Below, piece after piece: positions 50,665 to 63,924 of a stretch of DNA of 64,000 nt. Origin of the DNA: Heptranchias perlo (taxonomy: Eukaryota); contig NC_090348.1 of assembly GCF_035084215.1 (NCBI RefSeq), positions 23,932,001 to 23,996,000 on the forward strand. The letters run 5' to 3'. The notes under the pieces are model-generated. The model ran no database searches and was not told the origin of the DNA. It saw only the letters and a program-made list of their open reading frames with translations. Each line of letters begins with the position of its first letter. The first letter of the stretch is position 1. Made by a program: the position numbers and the translations under genes.

Positions 50665-51196
50665 GTTGTGTTCACGTGGAGAGTCAAGGGGTCAGAGGCG
50701 AGTAAAGGACAGGACAGGAGTCAAAGTGATGTAACAGCAAATGCAAACCCAAAGTTATCACCACCGCGCTGCACTTCATAATTAGAACATTGGACACTTG
50801 CAAAATCGCTGCCTGAAACAGACTGTGTTCAGCAAATATTTCAGAAGGAATACTGTCGTATTTGGTCTGTGTGTTCATTGCAGAGGCACTTAGTATCCGA
50901 ATATCCCACAATTCTCCTCGTGCTGGAGATGAGTTCAGGCAGAGTGCTGCACGAAGCAATAAAAGAAAACAAAGCAAATGCAGAACATGACATCCCCCAC
51001 GTGCAAATACCCAGCGCAGGCCCCCGGAGACTGGTAACAACATCCAGTTCAAAGGAGACCTACACAGGATGTCACTACCCCAGTGTGCATTAACTGCGAT
51101 TGAGTCCCGAGCTCTCAGTATTTAAAAGCCCGGGCTCCTTTTATGTCATGTTTCTGCATTATCAGCAATAACTCAGTCTGCTTGTTGACTGTACTC

Positions 51197-51435
51197 ATTG
51201 TGTTTATGCATTGACTTGCGTTTATGCATGAACTTGTTTGTCTGTATTTATGCATTGACTTGCGTTTGTCTGTATTTATGCATTGACTTGCGTTTGTTTG
51301 CGTTTATGCATTGACTTGCGTTTGCCTGTGCTTATGCATTGACTTGCGTTTGTCTGTATTTATGCATTGACTTGCGTTTGTCTGCGTTTATGCATTGACT
51401 TGCGTTTGCCTGTGCTTATGCATTGACTGTCTGCA
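51197..51435. repeat. Minisatellite, about 28-bp unit, roughly 8 copies
   Basis: Consensus TTTATGCATTGACTTGCGTTTGTCTGTA with variant units. Confidence 0.9.
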
Positions 51436-51449
51436 TATACTGCTGCATT

Positions 51450-51720
51450 AATTCACGCTATCCCTGTTCCAGCAGAGCTCACACGAGCTACACGTGGGTT
51501 ATTGATCGCTCTGAGCGTGTCGTAACCGGGTTGGTGGTTTCCGTGATGGACAGTGACATGGACCAATCGTGTTGCACATCGTCGGTCGGTAGGGCGGACC
51601 TGTGAGCCGGAATGTCCGGATTCTGCACGCGATGGGACGGCAGTGCCTGCGGACCGTGATCTAGCGGGTCAGAGTCACTCGGACCCCGGGGACGGCTACT
51701 TGTAATTAAAGAACTGCATC
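51450..51720. promoter_or_regulatory. CpG-rich bidirectional promoter of ALG12 and CRELD2 with ERSE-like element
   Basis: CACGTGG at 51491; CGTGT-N9-GTTGG at 51516-51534; CCAAT at 51563; GGGCGG near 51592; lies between divergent genes. Confidence 0.7.
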
Positions 51721-52113
51721 AGATCACAGCTACTTGTCCTAAGGGGATTACTTCGAGTCACAGTAAAGAGACACCGTTACCTGTATCCTGAGCACTGCAA
51801 TCATTGCTAGCTACAGTTTGGGACTGTGCAGTTGTAAGAAAGAGGCACTGCTATCTGCTTACGACTTCCTGACACCCCTAGCACGCCTGCATACTGGCAC
51901 ATAAATCCAGTGTAAACGAAACACTAAATTACATGTTTTACACTGGTGTTTGAGTTTGCACTTCAGAGTTTAGTCACTGTTATAATTAAACAGTACTACT
52001 GGCATTTCATCTGTTGGCTTTTCATACCCAGTGTTACATGCTGGCTCTCACATTCATGTTTTCAACCTAGTTTTTTTTTAAAGTGAGAATTGTATTATAT
52101 ACATAGTAAGGAA

Positions 52114-52242
52114 ATGGATCACTCCAGCAAAAGTCTCCGTTCTTTGCTGTTACTTGGATTGCTGCTGTTATGTCGTCTTTCATCGGGGTATGACAAGTTG
52201 TCTTGTCCCACTTGCAAAAAAATAGTTAGCAATTTCTTAAAG
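52114..52242 (+). CDS. CRELD2: CRELD2 first coding exon: signal peptide and CXXC motif (CPTC)
   Basis: MDHSSKSLRSLLLLGLLLLCRLSSG...CPTCKKIVSNFLK; 129 nt ending at GTGAGT; head-to-head with ALG12. Confidence 0.9.
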
Positions 52243-54227
52243 GTGAGTACTCGTAATCATATTGATGGTTTTGCGTGCTATTTGAATTTCACAGCAGTTG
52301 TAACGCCCACCTTCTGGACTAGGGGTCACTATCAGGGACTTATTTGAACTATCTGATATAACATTAGGGTCAGTAGATGCTGGATAGTTGCAGTTTTCAT
52401 CTGGTCTATAGACATAGCTAATCTAGAATGTCCTAATTGTAAAGAATTAGGAATGACTAATTAAGTACTGAACAAAGTAAAAATGTACTGGTATCAGAAA
52501 ATTCTCGTATTTAAGAAATCCATAGATGTGCATCTGAACTGGGAGTGTTTGATGGGATGGTGTAGAGGGAACTTTACTCTGTGGGGGGGAGTCCAGAACA
52601 AGGGGGCATAACCTTAATTAGAGCTAGGCTGCCTGGGGATGATATTAGGAAGCATTTCTTCACACACAGGGTTATGGAAATCTGGAACTCTTTCTCTTAC
52701 CCCCCCCAGCCCCCCCCCCCCCCAAAAATGCTGTTGAGGCTAGATCAATTGAAAAATTTAAAACTAAGTGATAGATTTTTGTTAGGTAGGGGTATGGAAC
52801 CAAGGCTTTGAGCTACAGATCAATGGCAGAATAGGCTTGAGGAGCTGAATGGCCTATTCCTGTTCCTAACTCTTTGTAAATCAAGTTTCACAAGTGTAGA
52901 AGACTGTAGCTTATAAGCATCAAAATGAATTATACATGTCTCATTCACTGTGGAGTAACAGGGGATTCAGCAATACTACATTGACCATTCTCTTTGTGAT
53001 GTGTATGTGCAAATTTGTCTCTCTGAAAATTAAAACTCAACTAATGTGTTTGAGTTTTGACCTGAAGTAGTTTAAGGCTCAACATTAGTGAGTGCCTCCC
53101 TGCCCTGGACATCCAGATGGAGTTTCTTGGAACTAAAAGTAGCCTACTTGCATCACTGGAGTCCAGTCAGTAGAATTCTGTTTAAATGGCTGTTGCACAG
53201 GTAAATATCAAAGACTCAATACCACTTTAACTTGTTTCCAAATATTGGCTATTCATATAGGTGCATAACAATATATACTCTGTATTTTCTAGAATTAGAT
53301 TTTAGTGTTTATACAAGATTTGAATTTAACACATGGTGTTTAATGGCTTTTTGGGCAGTTGGCCAGTAGCTTTGTATTCCATGGTATATGGTTAACTGAT
53401 TACCTACTTAATGGGATCTCAACTGTTTGAAAGTTGTGGAGTCCATTTGTTTTCTAGGCACTTGTATCTAGAGTAGGATTGTTGAATAATTCAGAAGAGA
53501 AAATGCAAATGTGCTAAACTCAGTGGCATACCTGATTACTGCATTTTATCAGATTTATCATGAATAGATATGAAAGGAAAAGAGGCATCTTTGAATATAA
53601 TCTTTCAGCTTCTATGTATCATATCCAGAACCAGAGAGCTCATACTAATCTGTCTCCACATCATGTCTAGAGTAGCATTTAAGAGTCAGGGCTGTCAACC
53701 TTTTAAAAAAAAATCCTCTCTTTGGGGTGGGGGGGAACCCTTTCAAATGGAATAAATTCCAGAAAATTCATTGGGTAAGACATATTTAGTGTCATTAACT
53801 TAACTTTGAATTGAAACATGTAAGTTGAGCTTTCCTTATATCTAGAGTTCTTTAGGAGCACAAATATCTGGGAATTTTTGTAGATAGTGAACTATTAAAA
53901 CGAAAGCTAGATAGAGGTTTAATGGCTGTGGGCAATTGAATATATGCTTCCTCTTAATTTTGAGCTGGTCAAGAATATGTGTATGGTTGTCTGGCTGAGG
54001 ATTTTTTTTTTGGGGGGGGGAGGGGGGGGACAGGGAAGGAAAGACACTGGGGAAAGAGATGCAGACACTCCTGCCTTGCACAGTGATTTGTGATGTGCCA
54101 AATAATGAACTCTCCCAATGTGTATTGATAAACTAGAATGTAGTGTTTCCAGCTAAATGCTTGTGTCTATTGTAACTGGGTTAAGTACAAATTAATGCAA
54201 GTGATCAAAATAATTTTTCAAAATTAG

Positions 54228-54310
54228 GGTGTAGAAGATACTTCCAGAAAGAATTTTGGTGGTGGAAATACAGAGTGGGAAGAAAGGAAATTGTCAAAAT
54301 ATGAATTCAG
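54228..54310 (+). CDS. CRELD2: CRELD2 coding exon 2 (GVEDTSRKNFGGGNTEWEERKLSKYEF)
   Basis: 83 nt, TAG acceptor, GTATGT donor; NFGGGNTxWEE motif of the CRELD WE domain. Confidence 0.95.
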
Positions 54311-54889
54311 GTATGTATGTGGTTTGTAATACAGCTTGCCCTGGTTGTATCTTGCCTTTTAAATACCAATGTATGAAATTGATGGGCAGGAAAAGACCAG
54401 CTGGTCCATCAAGCCTGCCCCACACATGATGGCTGGAGCATTAGACACGCACAGAGCACCTGTCCCATCTCTTTGTCCATCCAAGGATGATTATTATCCG
54501 GACCTAGAGCCCTATCAATCTTGTGCTTTCCTAATCTATCAAAGATGATGTTACTATGCACTTTAATAATACTTTTTAAAAATGGAACAACCCCCATCTG
54601 AAACATAAGCATTGTCTACAGGAGTATAAATGTCTACAGGAGTATAAATGAATGCAAAATAGTCATTTAGCAGCTCTGCCATTCTGTGCATACAACAATA
54701 GATATATAGTCTCGCATAGTGATTTAAAATGGATTGTAAACAAGATAAGAAAGGAAATGGATTATGTATGAAATTGTTGTTCTACTATATAATAGCTCTG
54801 ATTTGATGTGTTTCTATGATCAAGCTTTGCAATACCGTTGAAACGGGAATTGAATTTCTGTGTTTTAGAAATGACAATTTTCTCCTGCA

Positions 54890-56110
54890 TTAATAGTCAC
54901 TTGAACAAATGTGGATTAATAAAGGAAAGCCAGCACGGATTTGTTAAAGGCAAATCGTGTTTAACTTGAGTTTTTTGATGAGTAACAGAGAGGGTTGATG
55001 TATATATGGACTTTTAAAAGGTGTTTGATAAAGTGCCACATAATAGGCTTGTCAGCAGAATTGAAGCCCATGGAATAAAAGAGACAGTGGCAGCATGGAT
55101 ACGAAATTGGCTAAGTGACAAAAAAACAGTAGTGGTGACCGGTTGTTTTTTGGACTGGAGGATGGTATATCGTGGTGTTCCCCAGGGGTCGGTACTATAT
55201 TAATGACTTGGGTGTACAGGGCACAATTTCCAAATTTGCAGATGACACAAAACTTGGAAATGTAGTGAACAGTGAGGAGGATAGTGATAGACTTCAAGAA
55301 GACATAGACAGGCTGGTGGAATGGGCAGATACGTGAAATTTAATGCAGAGAAGTGTGAAGTGATACATTTCGGTGGGAAGGATGAGGAGAGACAATATAA
55401 ACTAAATGGTACAATTCTAAAGGGGATCCAGGAACAGACCTGGGGGTATATTTGCACAAATTTTTGAAGGTGGCAGGACAGATTGAGAAATCAGTTTTTA
55501 AAAAAGCATATGGGATCCTGAGCTTTATAAATGAGGCATAGAGTACAAAAGCAAAGAAGTTATGTTGAATCTTTATAAAACACTAGTTCAGCCACAACTG
55601 AAGTATTGTCCAATTCTGGGCACTGCACTTTTTAGGAAGGTTGTGAAGGCCTTAGAGAGGGTGCAGAAAAGATTTACTAGAATGGTTCCAGGGATACAGT
55701 GACGTGGATAGACTGGAGAAGCTGGGCTTGATCTCCTTAGAGGAGATTTGACTGAATTGTTCAAAATAGTGAAGGGTTTAGAAAAAGTAAACCCATTGGT
55801 GGAAGAGTTGAGAACCAGATACACAAATTTTAAGGTGATTGGCAAAAGAACCAAAGGTGACATAAGGAAAAACTTTTTTATGCAGCGAGTAATTATGATC
55901 TGGAATGCACTGCCTGAAAAGATGATGGAAGCAGATTTAAGCGTGGCTTTCAAAAAGGAATTGGATAAATACTTGAAGGGGGGAATTTGCAGGGATATGG
56001 GGAAGGAGCAGGGGAATGGGACTAACTGGATTGCTCTTACAAAGATCCGGCATGGGATCGATGGGCCAAATGGCCTCCTACGCTGTCACCATTCTGTGAT
56101 TCTAATGACA
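54890..56110 (+). mobile_element. Decayed CR1 LINE (RT to 3' end)
   Basis: QHGFVKGKSC, FDKVPHNRL, GVPQGSVL, FADDTKLG and WNALPEK remnants with frameshifts. Confidence 0.9.
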
Positions 56111-56384
56111 TTAGTCTGTGCTGTAAGAATAACTGTAGGAACTCTCTTCTTATGCCTGTCCATTACTGCAAAATGTGAATAACCAGGTTTTGACTGTTAA
56201 TGGAAGAACCAGTGTAGTAAATTAAAAACTAAATGTGCCAAAATGGTCGAGCAATTTAAGCACTAATTTCATAGTCAATCCTTTTTTTAATAGTTCTGTA
56301 ATAAGTGTAATCTATTTACTATTTGCTGCTGATCTAGCCATTCATATACACTTGATGAATTTAACAGGAAATGGCAAATTAGAT

Positions 56385-57280
56385 TATAACAACTTGCATT
56401 TATATAGTTCTCCCCACGTGTAGGAAGATGTCTAGAGTGCTTTACAATAAGGAAGATAAATATATAATGACATCAAGCATGGAAAAAGGGGGAAGGAAAA
56501 AATGAATGGGGAATTGAAGACACAGTTGAAGAAGATTTTTGAAACAGAGGGTGGTGATGAGGTGGAGGCAACTGGGTAGAAATTTCTAGAGGGCTGGAGC
56601 ATAGTAGCTGAAAGAATGGCTGCCATTGGTGGAGTGGAGGGAACAAGGGATTTGGGAAGTCTAGTGTTAGAGGAGCTGATAAGGTATGTGGACAAATAAG
56701 ACAGGACAAGATCAAAAGAAACCATGGGTGGGGCCATAGAGAGACTGGAAAACGAGGATGAGAATTTTGAAATCGACCTGCTGAGGCACAGGAAGCCAGT
56801 GGAGCGGTTGGGAGTGGAGGATTTGGTGTGGATGAGGATGCCGGCTTGAGCCAGTGAGCCCACCAAACAGGTTGTTAGAGAAGCCGAGGCTTGAGATGAA
56901 GACACGGACTATATTTGTAAGAGTGGAGGTAGAAGAAAGCAGTATTGGTAGTGGAGTGACCATATGGTAGAAAAGCTGAGCTTGGGGTTGAGCAGGATGC
57001 CAGGGTTCAACATTGCTTTGTTGAGCTTCAGATGGCAGCCAGTGAAGTTGATGGAATTGAGGCCAGAGACACAAAGTTGCTGAAAGGGATGGTGTTGATT
57101 TTGCCAATGTTCAGTGGGAAGACCGTCTAATTCATCCAGGTTTTAATATTAGTCAGGCAGTTTGAGACTGGCAACAACCTTTGGGTCAGTGAAGGGGCAT
57201 CAAGGTAAGGCCATGTGTCGTCATCAACTTCCAGATAATTCACTAAGGGTGCCATGTAGATAGGGAAGAGGAGTATGTTA
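56385..57280 (-). mobile_element. Old L2 LINE fragment
   Basis: LHWLPVPQQVDFKILILVFQSL in ORF 56712-57107; L2 tail near 56390. Confidence 0.75.
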
Positions 57281-58317
57281 CTGAATTACAGAACTTTGCC
57301 TTTTACAGCACATGTCAAGGGTTCTGGAATGTGTTTGATGCCCTGGGCAGTGATAACTAACAGTAGTACTAGCCAGTTGTGTGTTATGGATTGCAATGCA
57401 TGATGTAATGTAATATAGAGGTGTCCAAACTTATTGTCCATGGGCCCAGTGAGGCCTCTAAACCCTAAGCTGTTGGGCCTGTAATGTCTTGGTGACTTGT
57501 CCTCCTGCATTATCTCAGAGCACTTCACATACAATGAATTGCTCTGAAGTGCAGTGACTGTGTTCTTGTGCAGGCAAATTGGTTGGTTTGTTTTCTCAGA
57601 TTTTTTGTCAAGGAATTGAATTAATTTCCCTTAGTTGGAATCTCATTAATGGAAAATTGGGCTACTGTAGATGAGGAGACATGACAAAAACAGGCCACAA
57701 ATTAAGTAGCCACAGTGCTTCAGGAAATGCACTTTAACCTCATTGGGTAGGTAGTGTGTATTTGAGATTTAATGCAATCATTCTGTTCTGAATACATCAT
57801 TAAACTTTGGAATTGGGAAACAGACTCCATATTATTTTTAGTTTAGTAAGGAGCACAGCTACCCAAACCCAGACCTGTCCCGTATCAGTCCTTGAGTTAG
57901 TCATTTTGGTTTTAAAAAAATGAGCTATTTGACTTGATATATTAGAAATGAACATTATTCTTTTTTACTTTTAAATGGGTTTGCAAGCTAAGTTACTCCA
58001 TATTATTCCTAAATGTCACTCCTAGCTATTACCAATGTTGGCAGAACTGATATGAACAGTTTAGTCCTGGGAGTTTGGATCAGGAACAACACTGACATTA
58101 CAAAAGGAATTGCCGCACATACTTGTGCGAAAGGCAGATTGCATTGCAAAAATCACCCTATGTGTAGCTGTTTAGCTATTATGTCAGTATATATGAAGAG
58201 TTATGAATTTTGAAATGTTACTAATTAAAATCATATATTTGAGAAGATTTTGAATTAGGTGCTACAGTTTTTGTAGTACACAGACTTTCTCAACTGTTTT
58301 AACTGTGTTTAATTTAG

Positions 58318-58428
58318 TGAGATTCGTCTTGTGGAAATTATTGAATCCCTGTGTGAGAATGCTGAGTTTGAATGTAATCTCATGGTGGAAACCAATGAAG
58401 ATCATATTGAGAACTGGTGGTTCACAAT
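58318..58428 (+). CDS. CRELD2: CRELD2 coding exon 3 (EIRLVEIIESLCENAEFECNLMVETNEDHIENWWF)
   Basis: 111 nt, TAG acceptor, GTAAGT donor; translated by hand. Confidence 0.95.
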
Positions 58429-59619
58429 GTAAGTGTCTTTTATATCTAATTATCGCTAAATCTATGATATAACAACAAACCCAATAATTTTTGAGTTTGT
58501 AACATTCATGTCCACACATTCCACTCCTCTAATACAAAACGTCCCCTTATTCTGCACTCCCTTTTGTTATCAGTAGTTGCATGTACAACCATTACATCCC
58601 ACTCTCAGGAATTACCTGCATAGCTCCCTCTGCCTTGACACTTTCTTCCCTGCCTTATGCTGTGCCTTTGGCCCCTTTTGCCCCCTCTCCAACTCAGCAT
58701 ACACCATTTCTTCCAATTATAAAGTATTTTGAAACACATTCCAGCACATGAGCACTGTAGAACTGTATTTTGATGTGAGCCTACACTGTCAGCAAGCTAC
58801 ATGGGCAGGAAGGCATCACTGCTGACCTGACCCCGTCTTTGCCTGATATCTACATGCACTCACTTTCCAATAGGAGTTGCTGACTAGGGTTCAGGAGCAG
58901 GAATTTTGGATGATCTGTTTTGTTTCTTCCCTCTCTAGCCCAGGAAGGCTGAGGCTAATTATAGTACCCTACACTTGGCCTAACTGAGATCAGGAAACTC
59001 AAAACAGATTGGGAATAGAACCTCCAGACCTTGGTTGTCTTAGCATAATAATATACCCTTGCTTCTTATAGAGATCTTGGATGTCTTGGTGCTGGTTTCC
59101 TTACTTTTAACCAAGGTCACCAGTGTCATTTCTTTTGTAGATCTAAAATATCCCATTTTGATTAAATACAAAGACTGTAACTCATTTTGTAAGTCCTCAG
59201 AAATTCCTTTATAGTCTACTACATACATTGAGTGGACTTCATACCAGATGTGTTTGCATATTCAAACTGGTTCAAAAGCAAATTAATTCCTCCAAACCAA
59301 TTTAATGTTTAATTAAAATTGAACAGATAATGTTTTCACCTGAAGGATTAATGATTGTGTTGTAATTGCTGCAAGTCTATTGATTGTTTACCAGAAAACA
59401 GCATTCAAAAGGGAATTAGATATATATTTGAAAAGGAAAAATCTGTAGGGCTATGGGGAAAAAGCAGGACTAATTGGATAGCTCTTTCAAAAAGCCAGCA
59501 TAGACACAATGGGCCAAATGGTCTGCTTCTGTTCTGTAAAATTCTATTAACATGATCAGTTTGTGTTGCATTCAAATTTAAATACGTGGAAGATAAATTT
59601 AATTTTTTTTTAATTGCAG

Positions 59620-59711
59620 GCAGAAAAATCATCCTAATTTCTTCCTCTGGTTCTGTGTGGATATGATTAAAGTTTGCTGCCCTGATGGAACCTTTGGTGT
59701 GGACTGTGTTG
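59620..59711 (+). CDS. CRELD2: CRELD2 coding exon 4 (QKNHPNFFLWFCVDMIKVCCPDGTFGVDC)
   Basis: 92 nt, ttgcAG acceptor, GT donor; WFC...CCPxGTxGxDC motif. Confidence 0.95.
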
Positions 59712-59854
59712 GTACTGTAATTACTTTTTGTGACCATTATGAACTTCAGTGTATGAAACACAGTATAACTGTTGACACAATAATTTTGATGGCTGTGTTA
59801 CACGATGCACTTAATTTGGTCAAATTCTGTATATTTGGTTTGTTGGGAGGTATT

Positions 59855-61620
59855 TAGAAATCAGCAAAGGATGTCCAAGAAATTGATAGAGGGGGAAAAT
59901 TGAATAAGAGCAAACTAGCAAGAAATATAAACTGATCATAAGAGCTTCTAGAAGTATGTAAAAAGGAAGAGATTAGCAAAAGTAAATGTGGGTCCCTTAG
60001 AGGCAGAGACGGAGAAATTGTAATGGGAAATAAGGAAACGACAAAGACGTTAAACAAATATTTTGTATCTGTCTTCACCGTAGAAGACACAAAAAACATA
60101 CTGGAAATAGTGGGGAGCCAAGGGTCTAATGAGAGGGAGGACTTAAAGTAATTAAAATTGGTAAAGATAAAGTACTGGAGAAATTAATGGGACTAAAAGC
60201 TGACAAATCCCCTGGACCTGATGGGCTACATCCTAGGGTTTTAAGAGGTGGCTGCAGAGATAGTGGATGCATTGGTTTTGATTTTCCAGCATTCCCTAGA
60301 TTCTAGAACAGTCCCTGTGGATTGGAAGGTAGCAAATGTAATTGCACTATTTAAGAAAGGAGGGAGCAAGAAAACAGGGAACGAGAGGCCAGTTAGCCTG
60401 ACGTCGGTAGTAGGGAAACGGCTAGACTCTATTAAGGACATAGTAACAGGGCACTCAATGATTTTAGGCAGAGTCAATATAGTTTTATGAAAGGGAAATA
60501 GTGTTTGATAAATCTTAGTTTTTTGAGGGGTAGATAAGGGGGAACCCTTTATATTTGGATTTTTAAAAGGCATTTGATAAGTTGTTACACAAGATTAGGG
60601 CTCATGGAATTAGGAGTAATATATTATATCGATTTAAGGATTGGTTAACGGACAGAAAAGAGAGTAGGAATAAACAGGTCACTTTCGGGTTGGCAGATTG
60701 TAACTAGTGGGGTGCCGCAAGGATCAGTGCTTGGGCCTCAGCTGTTAACAATATATATCAATGACTTAGATGAGGGGATCGAGTGTAATGTATCCAAGTT
60801 TGCTGACGATGCAAAGCTAGGTGGGAAAGTAAGCTGTGAGGAGGACGTAAAGAGGTTGCAAAGGGATATGGACGGGTTAAGTGAGTAGGCAGGCGAGAAG
60901 TTGGCAGAGTATAATGTGGGGAAATGTGAAATTATTCACTTTGGTAGGAAGAATAGAAAAGCAGAATATTTTTTTTTAAAAGGTGAGACTAAGAAATGTT
61001 GGTGTTCAGGGAGATTTGGGTGTTCTTGTTCACGACTCTTAAAGTGGACATGCAGGCACAGCAAGCAATTAGAAAGGCAAATGTTATGTTGGCCTTTAAT
61101 GAAGTATAAGAGTAAGGAGGTCTTGCTGTAAATAAACAGGGCTCTTTTGAGACCACACCTGGAGTACTGTGTACAGTTTTGATCTCCTTACCTAAGGAAG
61201 GATATACTTGCCTTAGAAGGGGGTACATCGAAGGTTCACTAGCTTGATTCCTGGGATGAGATTGAGTAAAATGGACCTATATTCTCTGGAGTTTAGAAGA
61301 ATGAGAGGTGATCTCATTGAAACATAAGATTCTTAGAGGGCTTGACAGGATCAATACTGAGAGATTGTTTCCCCTGGCTGGAGAGTCTAGAACTAGAGGT
61401 CATAGTCTCAAGATAAGAGACTGGCCATTTAGGACCAAGATGAGGAAATATTTCTTCACTCAGAATTGTGAATCTTTGGCATTCTGTACTGTAGATGCTC
61501 AGTCGTTGAGTAGATTCAAGGTTAAGATTGATAGATTTTTGAACACTAAGGGATATGGGGATAGGGCAGTAAAGTGGAGTTGAGGTAGATCAGCTTAATT
61601 CTCCTATTTCTTATGTTCCC
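59855..61620 (+). mobile_element. Decayed CR1 LINE ORF2 (tether, RT and 3' end)
   Basis: LNKYFVSVFT, KSPGPDGLHPRVL, DWKVANV, GVPQGSVLGP and FADD remnants. Confidence 0.9.
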
Positions 61621-63747
61621 AATGTAAAAAGCTTGCATGTTACATTTTAACAAAATGATTTCTTTTACAGTGTTAATGCATTAACTAACCTGTTAATAGT
61701 TTAGTGGGCCCCTTGTATAATGTAATAGTGTTACCAAGAGCCATTTGATTATGTTGAGCTGTGTGCAAAGCATGACATTGACTGGCAGACACTGCACTAG
61801 AGGTAGATTAATTCCAGGGTGAAGACCACACATTATTAAAGGCAACCTGAGTGTAGTCCTTGAAACATGAAATTCTTGGCAGTCAAATGAGGTTTCAGTG
61901 AAACCCAGGAGCAAAATTCCTCTGAACAAAATACTAAATGGTTATTTTCCCCCAGAATGAGTGGTCTGGAAAAGACCAGCTGGTCCATCAAGCATCATTC
62001 TCCGAAACCACTTGTTTCAAAGCCTTATTTTCCTACAAATCTATTAGGGGGTGATTTATGGAGAAAAATTAGCATTCTTCCACTTTTTCTTAAAAGAAGT
62101 TTTCCTGCAACCCCCCACCCCAAAATCACTTGATCTACTGATAAATTAAACTGACAAAAGAATTGAGAATGAGAGCAAAGCATTACAAAGCCAACCAGAG
62201 CAAAACTGAGGTAGATACAACATTGCAGACCAGGCCTACGGATCAATTTAGGAGTTAGTATTCAATTCAAAATAATGTATAACTTCTCTGTACTTTCATC
62301 CACTTCTTCCTCAATCCAAATTCTAATATGCCACCCAAGTCCCTCCTAAACAGCTATGGAAGGCCTCCTAGTATGAAATTTTGACATACAGCATGCTTTT
62401 GATGTATCAAAACGAGATCACTTCAACACGCGATCATTGAAAGTGAGTAGAATTTAAAATGGGGTGTAGGCCACCTGTAAGGTCATACCCCCTGAATAAA
62501 TAGAAGCTGATTACAGTTCTCACTATTGAACTGTATTCAACTAGTTGGAGCAGGCTTGCTGAAGTGACTGGGGAGGGAGATTCCTTTTGCTGTGTTGTCT
62601 TTTTCCATAACTATGAAGACTGGTCACACTTGTTATGAATGAACTCTTTTTTTCCTCTCACTTCAATTTTCTGACATCCTCTCCAGGGGGCATTGGTTCA
62701 TGCTGGGGTACGGTTTCACAGGTGCAGGCTGCCCTCAGTACCTCATCCATGTGGCCATTTTTTCAGGTATGAGCCTCAATGGTGAGTGTCAGCTTGGCCG
62801 TTTGATCCTCTTAGCCGTACGCACTTGCACACTTTCCAGCAGGGGTCACCGGATAGTAATTAGCAGCAGTGTTTCCCACCCCTTCCCTATCCAAGGGGCA
62901 TTGATGCCAATTGAAACACTCCTATTGCACTCATCACCCTCCTCAGCAGACAGATCTGTATGCTCAAATGTCATATTTTCCTAAATGAGGTATCAGTGGA
63001 GCTGCTTCTATGTTTTATGCATTTAGAATCTTTATAGTCATAAATGTACATTGCTAACAATCTGCAGAACTAAAACATATCTGCAATATCTAAATATTGG
63101 CATGGAAAATATTTTTATTGCCTAAATTACCCTGTATGATCTTCATATTTGCTGCAACTTCAGAAATGGGAATCCTAAAATTAGGACTTGAGCAGAAACA
63201 TTTGTGATTTTCCTGTCTATTGATGCAAGTACAGTAGACATTCCTGAGCTTTACTGTGGAACAGTTCCATGTTCTTTAGATGGGATTGAGTGAGCCTTCC
63301 TGATGGCTGTGGATAAATGCAGTGTGTTGTAGTACTGAGTGATATGGATCAAGTAACCCTTTCTGTGTGCTAAGCTGATTTCAGCTAGGATAGCCATGGG
63401 AGCCCAGTACATTTAGCTTCAGTGTGCATGGGCAATAACCTGGGTTTCTGCTTTTGATCACTGTCTAGTGGCCTCTGCTGGTAACTGCATGTGTGTGCAT
63501 GTTAAGTAATGAGGATCAGGTTCAGTTGTAATATTTCCCACAGTCAAACAAAAAAGTTGCCACTACTCCTCTTGTGAACTCAAAGACTAGTCACTAGGAG
63601 GGGGTATTAAAAAAAAAAAAAATCTGTCATTAGCTGGAACTATACCCCACTCTGCAGAGCTTAAAATTATGGCAAAGGGTAATTTGATGGATCCAACCTG
63701 TGTTTCTGAAGTGACTACTTGTCTAATACAGCTACCTATTATTTTAG

Positions 63748-63924
63748 GATGTCCTGGTGGTGCAGATAGGCCCTGCAATGGGCATGGTTCATGCGATGGT
63801 GATGGTACACGGACTGGTGATGGCTCTTGCAGCTGTACAAATGAGTACAAAGGAGAAGAATGTTTAGACTGTGCTGCTGGCTACTACAGTGAATTCCGGA
63901 ATGAAACCGATTCAGTCTGCACAG
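63748..63924 (+). CDS. CRELD2: CRELD2 coding exon 5, EGF-like/furin-like Cys-rich region; gene continues beyond the right edge
   Basis: ORF 63669-63941 (CPGGADRPCNGHGSCDGDGTRTGDGSCSC); 177 nt, TAG acceptor, GTAAGT donor. Confidence 0.95.

Noticed and set aside
50684-51093. 122-aa and 74-aa ORFs upstream of ALG12
   Set aside because: No recognisable homology; probably 5' UTR or intron sequence.
51197-51435. CRISPR-like array
   Set aside because: The units are contiguous with no unique spacers, there are no cas genes, and the context is vertebrate; it is a minisatellite.
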